DNA from: Lama guanicoe | Lineage: Eukaryota | Assembly: GCA_013239625.1 (NCBI GenBank) | Contig: MU053934.1 | Span: forward strand, 2,374,399 to 2,438,398 | Direction of reading: 5' to 3' | DNA length: 64,000 bases | Shown: one piece after another, positions 14,868-27,100 of the stretch | Layout: the number at the start of each line of letters is the position of its first letter | Position numbering within the stretch: the first letter of the stretch is position 1 | Notes under the pieces: generated by a model | Databases searched by the model: none | What the model was told of the DNA's origin: nothing | The model's input: only the letters and a program-made list of their open reading frames with translations | Program-made: the position numbers and the translations under genes

Positions 14868-14923
14868 TTTTTATGGCCCCAAGATGTATTAGGATGTTTT
14901 TATGGCCCCAAGATGTATTAGGA
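14868..14923. repeat. Perfect 27-bp direct duplication (period 29)
   Basis: TTTTTATGGCCCCAAGATGTATTAGGA at 14868-14894 and 14897-14923. Confidence 0.92.
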
Positions 14924-16861
14924 GGGTAGACTGGTGTGCTCCACCACTTGGGCAGGGTATCCACGTGGCAGTAACCACACCAGCACTAAGAAAACTGCAG
15001 GAGAGAGCTCATGACTCAGATCAGGGAACCTCAGAAGTCCTGGGAAGCTATGGGACTCGGCAGGCTAGCAAGGAGTTAAGGAGAAAGAAGGCAGCTCTGG
15101 CCCAGTGGAGATCAGATGGGGCTGAGGCCGGCCCTTCCCATGCCGGCTTCCTGCGGGTGCCAGTCCAACTCCAAGAAACCCAAGTAGTTGCCTTTTTAGG
15201 CCATAATCGGGAGGACACAACCAGAGGCTAAATTAGGATTCTCAGGAAATGATGAAACTGAAAGTAAATAGGTTGACCAAAAACCTCTGCTTTCAACCCA
15301 AAATGTCATTCCTCGATTATGTGCCTTCTCCCCTTCCCCCCAGAGATCCATTTGGATTTTTTACTCTTTCCTGTTTTCCCAAGGAATCCTCTCCCTCTCT
15401 CCTCCCCTCCCTCCCTCTGGTTACTTCTCTTTTTACTTACTTGGGTGCCTGTATGGAAAAGCAGCAGCTAGGCTCCTTAAAGACAGAATTTATTCTACTA
15501 GGACAAATCAGAGGTCCAAATACTGTGAGCTTTTCCATTCCTAGACAGTAGGATTTATGTAAAGCCTTCCATGGGCCAAGTTCTAGGCTTGGAGCTTTCA
15601 AGCCATCGCAACTCGTCTTAAAGCTACTATCTTATCTAAAGTACTGAGGGCCCGCTAGTAAGCTGTCCATTTTCTCACTCAGTCCTCACCATCATTTCAT
15701 AAGATACTGTCATCAGATTCATTTGACAGATGAGGGAAATGAGGCTCGGCCAAGTCACCAAACCCAGGTTCAAACTCAGGGCCTCTCAGCTGCAATGCCC
15801 TGTGGTTTCCACTTAGACCACCTTCCTGCAAGCTCTCTGGGGCTGTGGGGGAGAAGACGAACTGAGAAGCCCCTGGGGAAGCAAACCAGTAGAAACAGAC
15901 ATTAATTATACCAACTCGAGGCTGCAAACTCCATGTCCTTGCACTGGTTTGCACAAGGGACTCTTCATACTTCCACCTTAAATTCAGCCAGAGCTAAAAG
16001 TAAGAAAGTGAGGGCTGTGACCTTGGCGGAGGCATTCAGGTTCTCTACACCCAGGTTCCAGTTCAGAGACCCGCACCCTCAACCCAGACACCAGAGCCCT
16101 GTTACAGCTTAGTTACTGATGTATGCAAGCAGGCCTGTATGATTTTTTTTTTTAATCTCCACCCCAATCCCAGAGACCACAGTAAACACAGTCCTTCTCT
16201 TTCCCCGTACAGCCAGTGCTTTCAAGTTAAATGAAACTTATCAAGGTGTCTGAGTTCCACGGTTAAGGAAGGGTCTATGAAAGCAGTTGCTGAAATAACA
16301 TAGAAATTTTCAAACCCATTAGATTTACTTTTTCAATCAACTAACACATTCTGAGGCTCTATGTGTAAAAACATTGCGACAAAAGTGTTAAGGACCCAAG
16401 GAGCTTTAATAACGTAGTGGGACAACAGAACAGACATATTTATCACTAGAGAAGTGTCAGTCTGGGGCTCTACATAGTGTGGGCAGAGCAAGCTCCTTGG
16501 TTTTCTGTCCCTTTCACTCAACATCAAATGTGGTGGGCGCCCAACAGACAGATGGGCCATATGGATGAAGAGGAAGTACAGCCGGGTCCCACATCTTCGG
16601 ATTCAACCAACCACCAATCAAGACTTAATGAAGGAAGAAGAGGAACAAGCAACTTGCTTTAGGAACAGAGAAAGGGGTAATACAATGGAAAACTTGGAAG
16701 CTCAAGGGAGTGTTTCATGGGGGAGGTGACATTTCAGCTGGGTCCTAGAAGATCAGTGGAATATTGATGGGGGAGGGGAAGAAACAGTCAAAAAGTATTC
16801 CAGGCCAAGGGAGGAGAGGTGCCGTTTTTCACGGACTAGGAAATTATGTGGTCAGTTGAGG

Positions 16862-17078
16862 CAGGGCTTCTCAACCTCAGCAGTATGAACACTTGGGGCC
16901 GGGTAACTCTTTGTGGTGAGGGCTCTGCTGGGCATTGTGAAAAACCCAACAGCATCCCTGACCTCTACCCACTAGACGACGGTAGCACTTGGTCCCCAGT
17001 TTTGACAACCAAAAGTGTCTCCAGACGTTGCCAAAGGTGGGGAGTGGGGGGGGGACTGCCCCCAGTTGAGAACCTCTG
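16862..17078 (-). mobile_element. MER20-like DNA transposon
   Basis: Reverse-complement homolog of 2794-3028: CAGGGCTTCTCAACC...CAGCATCCCTGACCTCTACCCACTAGA...GTTGAGAACCTCTG. Confidence 0.82.
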
Positions 17079-19055
17079 ACTTAAGGGTTTAGTATGAGCA
17101 AATGTTGCATCAGGGACCTAGGCCTCTGCTGAGTGAATTCTCACCCAACTCTGAACTATACAAGCCAAATCTGAAAACAGAAGTCCTCAGAGCAAAATGA
17201 CCTCCAGGACCCAAACAATGACCATTATGGATGGCGCTGTCACCAAGGAAGGCCTGTCCCTTGTAGTACACTGTCTTTTAAGGGATATGATCACTACTGG
17301 ACTGTGCTTTAAAGATCCTAAATGCCCAACTTAAAAAAAAAGATCAGGTAGGACATGAATCTCCTTCAGAGCATCCAACACGGCAGCTCAGCCAGTGACT
17401 CATAAGCAAAGTTCACCAGCATCAAGAGGTCCAGGTGATTAACGGAAGACAGGAAACCGCCACGTTGTGGGGATGGAGGGGAGGTGGGGGGCTCCCACGA
17501 CTGTGCCAGCTCGCCCCAGCATCCTGGGAAATCCACCAAATGCTGTTTACTGGATGGTTTTGGCAAATCAGGATTAGTCCCAGGGATGATATCCAGAAGA
17601 ATGTCTCCCACCCACCCAAGGGGTGCCTCCACCTGGAGGGATCCACAAGAACCATCACCCCTCCCCGCCAAACCTTCCCTCTCTTCCGGATCTGCAGCTC
17701 TGGCTATGACACTGTCCATCTGGTCACCCAAGACAGTCACTGTAAACTCCTCCCTGGTGGCTTGGCAAGTCCCCCACCAACCTCATGGCCGGTGCCCATT
17801 CTAGACTAGCCAGGCCTGCGTCCCCTCCTTCCTGGGCTGTTATAGCTGCTCTTCTTCCCCTGCACCTTCTACCTCCTTCCAACAACCTCCTCACTGCCTT
17901 CAGGATGACTCAGCAGCTCCATTTCGATTCAGGCTACTTCCTCATTCATTGATATTACTTGCCTATTCACAACTGTTCAAGGGCTTCCCCAGAATAAAAT
18001 CTAATCATCTTTGCACAGTGAGTAGGCCCTGGGTGACCCTACCCATTAATCTCCTCCGTGCTCCCAGCCCTCCCTCTCCCCCTGCCCTTCCTTTCTTCTG
18101 CAGTCAGAGCCAGCCCCAGCTCCTCATAATCCTTTCCTTCCTGTCCCACTCCGCCCCTGCCCCCGGGCCTTCAAAGCAGCGGTGTCCGCTGCACCAGGAA
18201 CCCTCTCTCAAATCTCAGCTCAACACTCCATCTTCTGTAAGGCCCTCTTTGATTGCTGTGAAAAGACGTCTCGCGTGTCCCTCCCCTGCCTCTGTGCTCT
18301 GTCCTGTCTCCACCGCAGTCATCGAACAGCAGGATTGTCATTATGTGCAGTTTTATCTGAGGACAGGGACCAGCTCTCATTCATCTCAATTTCAAATGTC
18401 TAGAGCAATGCCTGACCTGGGGCAGGTGCTCAGTTCAACATTTCTGGAATGAATGAATAAGGAACATGGTGAAGAGGAGGCAGATGGAGCAAAAGGGAAG
18501 GTTTCAAAGAGGCTGGAAAAATCCCCTTGAGCTGTGCAAAGAGGCCAGAGAGGAAAAGAGCTGAAGGGCCCAGGAGAGTCGAGCTGAAAGCACACACAAG
18601 GGTCTCAGCAAAATCCAAGCCACTTATGCACTAATTTTTATATCCCCCAATCAAGAAGGGGAAGAAATGCATACTGAGGCTTTCAATTCCACAAACAGAA
18701 ACAGTACTAAAGATAATTTATTGGTTCCCTAAGAAGCTCTGCATACAGTTGAATAAATCATCTCAGTTTTCTGGAACCAGCTAGCATCCCCTGATTAACC
18801 AAGGTGGAGACGTCTACCGTCTACCACCAGACATACCAGAAAGGACGTCAGCTGGGGTGGCGTGGCCTCTGCCCTCGTTGGGACCCAGGCAAAGTCCTCA
18901 GTTGCCCTTCCTGCCTCTCCTGCCGCTCGGTCTGCACCTGCTAAGCAAGTACTCCAGGCACGTTCCCTGGTACCAACTCCAAACTTGCAGAAACCACTGC
19001 CACGTGGGGCACTGACTCTGCAAATCCCAAGATAAGTGTTTGTAACACACCGTTG

Positions 19056-19085
19056 TGGAATGGAATGGAATGGAATGGAATGGAA
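19056..19085. repeat. (TGGAA)6 microsatellite
   Basis: Six perfect pentamers read directly. Confidence 0.95.
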
Positions 19086-20915
19086 CAGACGTGAATTGGG
19101 AGTCAGACTGACCTGGGTTTGAATCCCCCGCTCATGATTCCTATGATCTTGCAGCTGGAAACACCACAATTTCCTAGCTTTAGAAAGAGAAAAAATACCT
19201 ACCATAGGAGGAGTTGTAACTCAAGTTCCAGCAAAGAATCTGACACTTACCATGAATTCCCCTCCCAATTCCTCTGTCTTGACCTCCTGACCAGATTAAT
19301 CCTAATCCTTCCTGGAATGATAGCTGGGGCCTAGGAAAACCTTCCAGAAGTTTGGAGACTCTTTCTCCAGGTTATGCTAGTCCACACAGAACAATGTGGT
19401 ACAATCCAGTGACTCCCAGCCACAGTGATTTGCACAAGAGAAGAGGGTTTCATGGCCCAGGAGGGCTGCAGTTGCCCATGGCCATCCTGCAGAGCCATGA
19501 TGCACACAAAGGATCTGAAAAGCCTGCGTGAGGAAAACCGCTTCACATTGTCCACTTAGGCTTCACACCCAGGAATATCCTGCAGGAAAAATATTTCTCG
19601 ACACTGGCCTGGGAAATGCTACTCTGGTGGGATGTGCATGGGGTATGTGGCAGAAGAACTGGATTTGAGTCTGGCTTGGCTCTGACCAGCTGTGTGACCC
19701 TGCGGACATCATTTACTGGGCAGCTGTTATCCAGGCTCAAACAAGAAATGGACACAGAACACAGGGGCTGTCAGAACAGTTATCTACAGTTCAGCCACTC
19801 AGCCACCCAGGGCCAACCTTACAGCAGCCTCCCACCCTAAGGTGCTCAGTCTCCCCAGGCTGTGAAGGGGGAGGGGCCTCACGGCTGCCCAGAGCCCAGA
19901 AGCTGCAGAGGAACGGGAGGACACGGGTGGTGGGCCCCCTCCCCTCTCCACCTCAGGAATGTTGTTTGCTTACAGAAGAAGCTGGGACTTGTTTCCATTA
20001 GCAGTATTCCAACCCAAGCCTGTGTTGATGCTCAGCAGATAAGAAAACCAGACCAGAGACAGGCCGGAGAGGAATTTAGCAGCAGAGCCCCAGAACTCAC
20101 CCCCTTTGCCCTTCCCTCCTTAGAGGCCACATGGAGAGTCTTCCCAGGACTCCTAAGAGCCCCAGGGAGCAGTGAGATGCAGGGCCTGTACCCAAGGAAC
20201 CCACACCATCAAAGACAGCAGAATTTAGCAGGGAGATTCCCGCCTCCTACTGAGGAGCAGGGGGCGGGGCAGGGCATGGGAGGAGTAACTAGAGGTGAAG
20301 GGGGTGGGGTGGGGATGTGTGCAGCTGCTTACCCAGAATCTTATCAGCTTTGCTGAGGAATTCAGACTTCATTCTAGGGACAAGGGGAGGTGGGGGAGGA
20401 TGACATCATTGGATTTGTACTTTAAAGAGATCACCCTCCCTGACCTCAATTTAAGGGGGCAAGAAGTCAGCAGTTGGGAAGTATCGTGAACTAGCCAAGA
20501 GGGGAGTTCCAGCCTGAGAAGAGAAAGCGTTGCACAAGGCAAGGGAGAAAGTGATCACATCCACGAGAGAGGGACGAAGAGACACAGACTCCACCCTCTG
20601 AGCTGCTTCTCCCAACAGCCGGGCGCAGGGGGAGCCCCGGCAGCCGGTGCCCACCGCGGTCATCCCCTCCTAAGTGAGAAGTCACCCGGCATCCCAGGAC
20701 CTCTCCGGCCACTGTTACCCAAGTGTCTCGGGCATAGATCTCCTGCATCATATGTCACAGAGACCAAAGTTCCCAACTGGGTCTCCTCCAGTAAGATATC
20801 ATCCTGTCCTCAGGGCCACAAGCCACATTCTTAATGAGTCAATCAATCAACTACTCAGGGCAGGAAGCAGTTAGAGTTTGAAGACAGCTAGGCTGTTTAA
20901 GAATTCCACTGTTCA

Positions 20916-22578
20916 TTGATGAAGGAAATTAAAGAAGACTTTAAAAAATGGAAAGATATTCCATGCTCTTGGATTGGAAGAATCAATATTGTTAAAATGG
21001 TCACACTGCCCAAGGCAATCTACAGATTTAATGCAATCCCTATCCAATTACCCAGGACATATTTCACGGAACTAGAACAAATCATAATAAAATTTATATG
21101 GAACCATCAAAGACCTAGAATTGCTAAAGCATTACTGAAGAGAAAGAAAGAGGCTGGAGGAATAACTCTCCCAGACTTCAGACAATACTATAGAGCTACA
21201 GTCATCAAGACAGCATGGTATTGGTACCAAAACAGACATATGGACCAATGGAACAGAATAGAGANNNNNNNNNNNNNNNNNNNNNNNNNNNNNNNNNNNN
21301 NNNNNNNNNNNNNNNNNNNNNNNNNNNNNNNNNNNNNNNNNNNNNNNNNNNNNNNNNNNNNNNNNNNNNNNNNNNNNNNNNNNNNNNNNNNNNNNNNNNN
21401 NNNNNNNNNNNNNNNNNNNNNNNNNNNNNNNNNNNNNNNNNNNNNNNNNNNNNNNNNNNNNNNNNNNNNNNNNNNNNNNNNNNNNNNNNNNNNNNNNNNN
21501 NNNNNNNNNNNNNNNNNNNNNNNNNNNNNNNNNNNNNNNNNNNNNNNNNNNNNNNNNNNNNNNNNNNNNNNNNNNNNNNNNNNNNNNNNNNNNNNNNNNN
21601 NNNNNNNNNNNNNNNNNNNNNNNNNNNNNNNNNNNNNNNNNNNNNNNNNNNNNNNNNNNNNNNNNNNNNNNNNNNNNNNNNNNNNNNNNNNNNNNNNNNN
21701 NNNNNNNNNNNNNNNNNNNNNNNNNNNNNNNNNNNNNNNNNNNNNNNNNNNNNNNNNNNNNNNNNNNNNNNNNNNNNNNNNNNNNNNNNNNNNNNNNNNN
21801 NNNNNNNNNNNNNNNNNNNNNNNNNNNNNNNNNNNNNNNNNNNNNNNNNNNNNNNNNNNNNNNNNNNNNNNNNNNNNNNNNNNNNNNNNNNNNNNNNNNN
21901 NNNNNNNNNNNNNNNNNNNNNNNNNNNNNNNNNNNNNNNNNNNNNNNNNNNNNNNNNNNNNNNNNNNNNNNNNNNNNNNNNNNNNNNNNNNNNNNNNNNN
22001 NNNNNNNNNNNNNNNNNNNNNCCAGAAGGAAATCTACTTCAGGATGACACCTGCACTCCAATGTTCATAGCAGCACTATTTACAATAGCCAAAACATGGA
22101 AACAGCCTAAATGTCCATCAACAGGTGACTGGATAAAGAAGATGTGGTATATTTATACAATGGAATACTACTCAGCCATAAAAACCGACAACATAATGCC
22201 ATTTGCAGCAACATGGATGCTCCTGGAGAATGTCATTCTAAGTGAAGTAAGCCAGAAAGAGAAAGAAAAATACCATATGAGATCGCTCATATGTGGAATC
22301 TAAAGACTCATGGACAGAGAATACAGACTTGTGGTTACCAGGGGGGTAGAGGGTGGGAAGGGATAGACTGGGATTTCAAAATTGTAGAATAGATAAACAA
22401 GATTACACTGTATAGCACAGGGAAATATACACAAAATGTTATGATAATTCACAGAGAAAAAAATGCGACAATGAGTGTGTATATGTCCATGAATGACTGA
22501 AAAATTGTGCTGAACGCTGGAATTTGACACAACATTGTAAAATGATTATAAATCAATAAAAAATGTTAAAAAAAAAAA
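20916..22578 (+). mobile_element. Young 5'-truncated LINE-1 (ORF2 C-terminal part, 3'UTR, polyA), antisense within MYH9 intron 1
   Basis: ORF2 peptides [18 protein letters not shown]...TAWYWYQNR and DTCTPMFIAALFTIAKTWKQPKCP..., with stop at 22303 and AATAAA at 22555. Perfect 17-bp TSD AAGAATTCCACTGTTCA at 20899-20915 and 22579-22595. Confidence 0.96.
21265..22021. other. Assembly gap (757 N) inside the L1
   Basis: Run of N flanked on both sides by collinear L1 ORF2 sequence. Confidence 0.99.
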
Positions 22579-24023
22579 AAGAATTCCACTGTTCAGAACG
22601 ACAGCCCTTCCCACCTCCCCATGGCCCTTAGAGCTCAACCAACTCCCTCAACCAATACCTCAAACTATCGTTCCAGCCCTGTCTCTCTTGTCCCCTGCCA
22701 GAGACCCCTGTTCCAGCCGCGGCTCCATCATGGTCCTCCAGTCACCCAGGCAGCCTTTCCTAACACCAAGTATATTATTCCTCTTTCTCCCTCCTCTCCC
22801 CAGGCCTGCTCCAGCAATCTGCCTTATACCAGAACCACTGCTCTCTGTCTGTCCTCATTGTCCCTAAAACTCCTTGAAGGCAGAGATGGTCCTCCCCCAC
22901 CCCCCGCCACCCCATCTTCAGGTGAGCACAATGTTCAGAGAGGGGGGTCCTCAGTCAATGCTTGTGGAAGTGAACTTGACCGTTTAGAACACATGGGCTT
23001 ACAGCTCATATTGTGTCTTCTGGGAACCTGGCTGTCCAGGGGAATATGCTTAGACTTTCTCTGGAAACAGTTTCAAAAGTTTTCCAATTGCAATGATCTT
23101 ACCTAGAAATGGAATTTTTGGAAAACCTTTTCAGCAGTTAACAGCAAGGCTCTGTAAGATATTAAAACTTGTTATTTTAAATCATTATTTTCAAATGTAA
23201 ACTACTAATTAACTGGCTTTACCATCAAAGGCATGATTTCCAATTAGGTTGTTTTAGTAAGCAGAGGGGAGCTGAAAAGAAGATGTGAGTCTGGAGTGGA
23301 GGAAAGGGGGCAGGCAGGCACATGAGCAATGCAGCTCTCACCCAACGGCAAAAGGCGAGGCAGGCAGCCGCTGGCTGGATTTGGAGGTAAGTCATCTGCA
23401 CTGGACCTTTGCTTTTAATTGGTTCAATATTTGTGTAGTGAGGTCACACATGTGCCTCACCTACTCAGTAATGAGCTTCCACTCAGCCACCCAGAAGCAA
23501 CTGCAGAGAGGCAAGTCACTTCAGATACAGGGGTGGTGTCTTCTCCCAAATCGCCAGGTACAAATTATTCCCCCCACCCCAAATATACCCGCAGGTTTGA
23601 CAAGGTTGACAGAATCGCTTGGCTGCCTTCCCGTCAGGAACTGTCACTGAACACATCACCCTGCCCTTCCAACAGACAGCATCTCCTGAGCCCAAGAGAG
23701 CACCCCACACAGGCATGCAGGAGGGGCAATGCAAACCTTCAGATTCCTGCTGTGAAGTTATTCCTTCCCTTTGGTTCTGCCCATGGGATGGTTCTTCTTT
23801 CCCTGAGCGTGCGAGCACAGTTTGCTGAAACCCAACGCAGAAAAATAAGCATACTGAGAAGATTTAATTACACGGCCGCTGTCTCAATGGGAAAGTACAA
23901 CATGCTGGTTTCCTGAGTCCACATCAGGACAGCTGAGAAACCCAATCCAAGATCAGACAAGACTGAAGACCACTCAGCCAGGACCCATCAGGCGTCCGGC
24001 AGCTTTCTATTCTGAGTGATGCT

Positions 24024-24186
24024 TTTTTTTTTAATTAAATTATTTTTAACTTTTTAAATTTGGGGGGTGGTGTAATTAGGTTCATTTATTTATTTATTTT
24101 CTAAAGGAGATACAAGGGGTTGAACCCAGAACCTTGTATACGCCAGGCAGGCACTCTACCGCTTGAGCTACATCCTTCCCCACCCC
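24024..24186 (-). mobile_element. tRNA-derived SINE (Vic-1-like), sense to MYH9
   Basis: Reverse-complement SINE: T tract, GTAATTAGGTT, (TTTA)n, GGTTGAACCCAG...CTCTACCGCTTGAGCTAC. GAGTGAT occurs at both flanks. Confidence 0.82.
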
Positions 24187-27100
24187 GAGTGATAATACAA
24201 TAAGTAAACAAAATCCCTGAATACCACAGCAGCTACCACCAATAGCCATCCCAATCCCCTTCCTACTGGGTTGAGAGCACGAAGGCCATGATGGGTCCCA
24301 GTCACCCCTGGGTCCCTATGTCTAACCTGTATAGGTGCTGAGTGATACCTGGTGAACTGAAGAAATGGGGAAGGTTCCAGTCTCCCAAAAGGTCCAAACT
24401 CCAAGGACCAACCGAGCCCAGCAGCTTCTCTGTCACCCATTCTAAAAGTACCTAAAGTTAAGCCCGATAATCCTGCATGTTATTTTCCAAACCTAAGTGA
24501 TTCTCACCAGCAGACAAGGCAGTCAGGGCCTAGGACGGGCCAAGGCTTCTCTGTGGCCATTCAGGATCATACCTCCGTCCTCATTCCCAGCCACCCTTCC
24601 AGCTAAATCTGATGGACACTAATCTCCATTTTGTTTCCAAGAGACACAGGACTGGCCAGAGGTCAGCAACAATCCAGCTGAATTGATCAAGCGGTCCTTT
24701 AAGTCGACTCTGATCATGAGTTGCATTGCTGAAAGGAGAGAGACCTTCCGAATGGTGCTAATTTATTCATGACCTTTACAGAAGACATCTCAGAAAGAAA
24801 TCACTCAGGAGGCAGCCAGACTGGCTGGGGAATTGCAGACCCACCACTTGACTAACAGAACAAACTTGGCCAGGTTGACTGGGCCCCCGGGCCTCAGTCC
24901 CTCCTTTTGTAAAATGGAGATGCTCCCAGGTGCCCCCCAGGACAGCCATGAGGACAGAAGAGCGGACGGCAGTGCAGCCCCTAGAGGATGGAGCTGACAG
25001 CCCGGTCTCTGCAGTGCGGTCAGAGCACTGCTCAACTCACAGAACTATTGTGAGGACCAAAATGAGCTCAGGGAGGAGCGGTGCTTGGTGGCGCCCCGGG
25101 CCTGCCGGCCGCCCTCCCCCACAATCTTGCCTCCTCTCTCAAGAAGCCTGTGTCGCCACTGAGCTAGCTCATAATGAGTCAGTCACAAATGCTGCCCTCA
25201 GTCAGCCCACTTCAGGGGGTTTGAAGTCACATCCTGCCTAGCCTCACTCAACATGATTTATTCTGCCCCAGGAATGCAGCTCATTTCCCAGAATTTGGTA
25301 AAGAACTTCAGTTAAAGAGTTTGGTCTTGCAAGGAGCTCTGTTTAAAGGCTTGGCTGCAGTGGCGGGGGAGACCCAGCTCAGCTCAGACCTGTAGGCAGG
25401 AACCACACAGTCAGGGCTGAAAGGACCTCCCCCAGAGCATCTCATCTGGGGAGGGGGGCACCAACATTTTTTTTTTAATCTCAAGCCACAGTGGGAAAAA
25501 AAGATTTTAAGCTTTTTATCATGAATATACACAACTGAGTCAAACAAACGCTTCATAAAATGATATATAGCACTATGCACGCCGATATGTTCCATTTGAG
25601 TCTGTTTTATTTCTAAAACTGAAATGGTTGCCACCAGTAATCTCACGTCCCACCAGTAAGTCTCCATTGACAGTCTGAGAAACACCAATCTGACTCAACC
25701 TTCACTGGGTAGATGAGGCTCAGACTAGTTCAACAACTGGCCCAAGGTCACAGTGAGTCAGGCCATGCAGAAGCTCAGGTCCAAAGCCAAAGTGAGGATG
25801 GGGGAGGCGCCCTGAGAAACCTCAGTAAAATGGCAGCCGTAGCAGCCCAGACTCATGACATGTGTTAGTTCCTCTCTCACTGCTCCCACTCTTTGATCCC
25901 AACAACCTCAATAAAGCCATGGCAGGTATCCTACGGCCCCCGCCCTGGTCCCTGCTCCCCACTGTCCCCCTTAAAAAAGAGAGATAGAGGCTCAGGGAGG
26001 TGAAGTGATGTGGGGGCTTAGGAAACATCCTTTGAGGACCTGGAGTCCAGGTGGAAGATCTCAAGGACAGAAAGAAGAGCCCAGTTTCCTCAGTATGTGG
26101 AGTAACAGCAGATTAAATCCGCTGCCATCAAAACATCACCCCTCAAAGCTCCAGCCCCAGCCCCACACTAACGAGACGCCCAGAAGTGATATGATGTTAA
26201 AGGCTTGATACAGATCAGATGAGAAGGGAAGGCCACTGCCTTAGGAAGGTGCTCTCCACATATTGACATCCTTGGGGCAGTGTCACCCAACCCTGTAATA
26301 AACACCGCATAGCTGTTTATACACATACACACACAGGCTCTATAAACAGGAAACCCAAAGTTCCCATCTCTCTAGATCAGTGGTTTTTAACATTTCCAGC
26401 CATCAAAGACCCCTTTGAGAACTGGCTGAAGGCTGTGAGCCCTTTTCATATCATCTTAGGGGATCACAGAGACCCTCAAGTGCAGTCCATGGACTTTTAG
26501 GAGCCCCCTGGTTACCAGCTCAAAGGCAGAGGGGCAGTGGAGGGGCCTCCTTTTCAACCAAGGCAACATGAAAGGATTTTCTTCCTTCTTTATCCTCCTG
26601 AGGGTTAAGCGGGATCTGACAAAAGAGGTCGGAGGAAGCAGAGTTGCAGTCAGGACAACCCAACAGTGAGAGTTTGCGTGGGAAGCGGAGGATCTGGGAT
26701 GGTGGGGGCGGGAGGTCACTTCCCCTGCGCTCTTCTGATCCTCCTGGACGGCAGAAACAGAAAATCCAAAACTGGACGGCAAACTGTCTCTCTTCCCTGC
26801 TCCAAAATTGAGCCAGCACAATGCCATCCCCAGGCACACAGGCTGTGGGGAGGGAAGAGCCAAGCTCTCCGGAGAAGCCCCGGTGGGCCAGAAGCATCCC
26901 AGTGCCTTCAGCCTCCTGGGGGGCAAATGATCTAAGTATGAGCCATGGAGTGAAGATAAAAACTGCTTATTTCACACGTTACAGAAAAACTACCTTACAG
27001 TTCCTCGAGCAGGTTGGGAAAGCACCTGTGTCTGAAGGGCTAGCCAACCCAGCTGTCCTTGAGCAGGGAGCCTGGCCCCATGGATGACCTCACTACGTCC

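Noticed and set aside
15191..15200. CCTTTTTAGG as a CArG box
   Set aside because: It is a formal match, but T-run cores are usually weak SRF sites and chance matches are expected in 64 kb.
19056..19085. Satellite III-like (TGGAA)n block
   Set aside because: Only six units, so an ordinary microsatellite.
20916..22303. Long 309-384 aa ORFs as genes
   Set aside because: Their length comes from the N gap. The real parts are truncated L1 ORF2.
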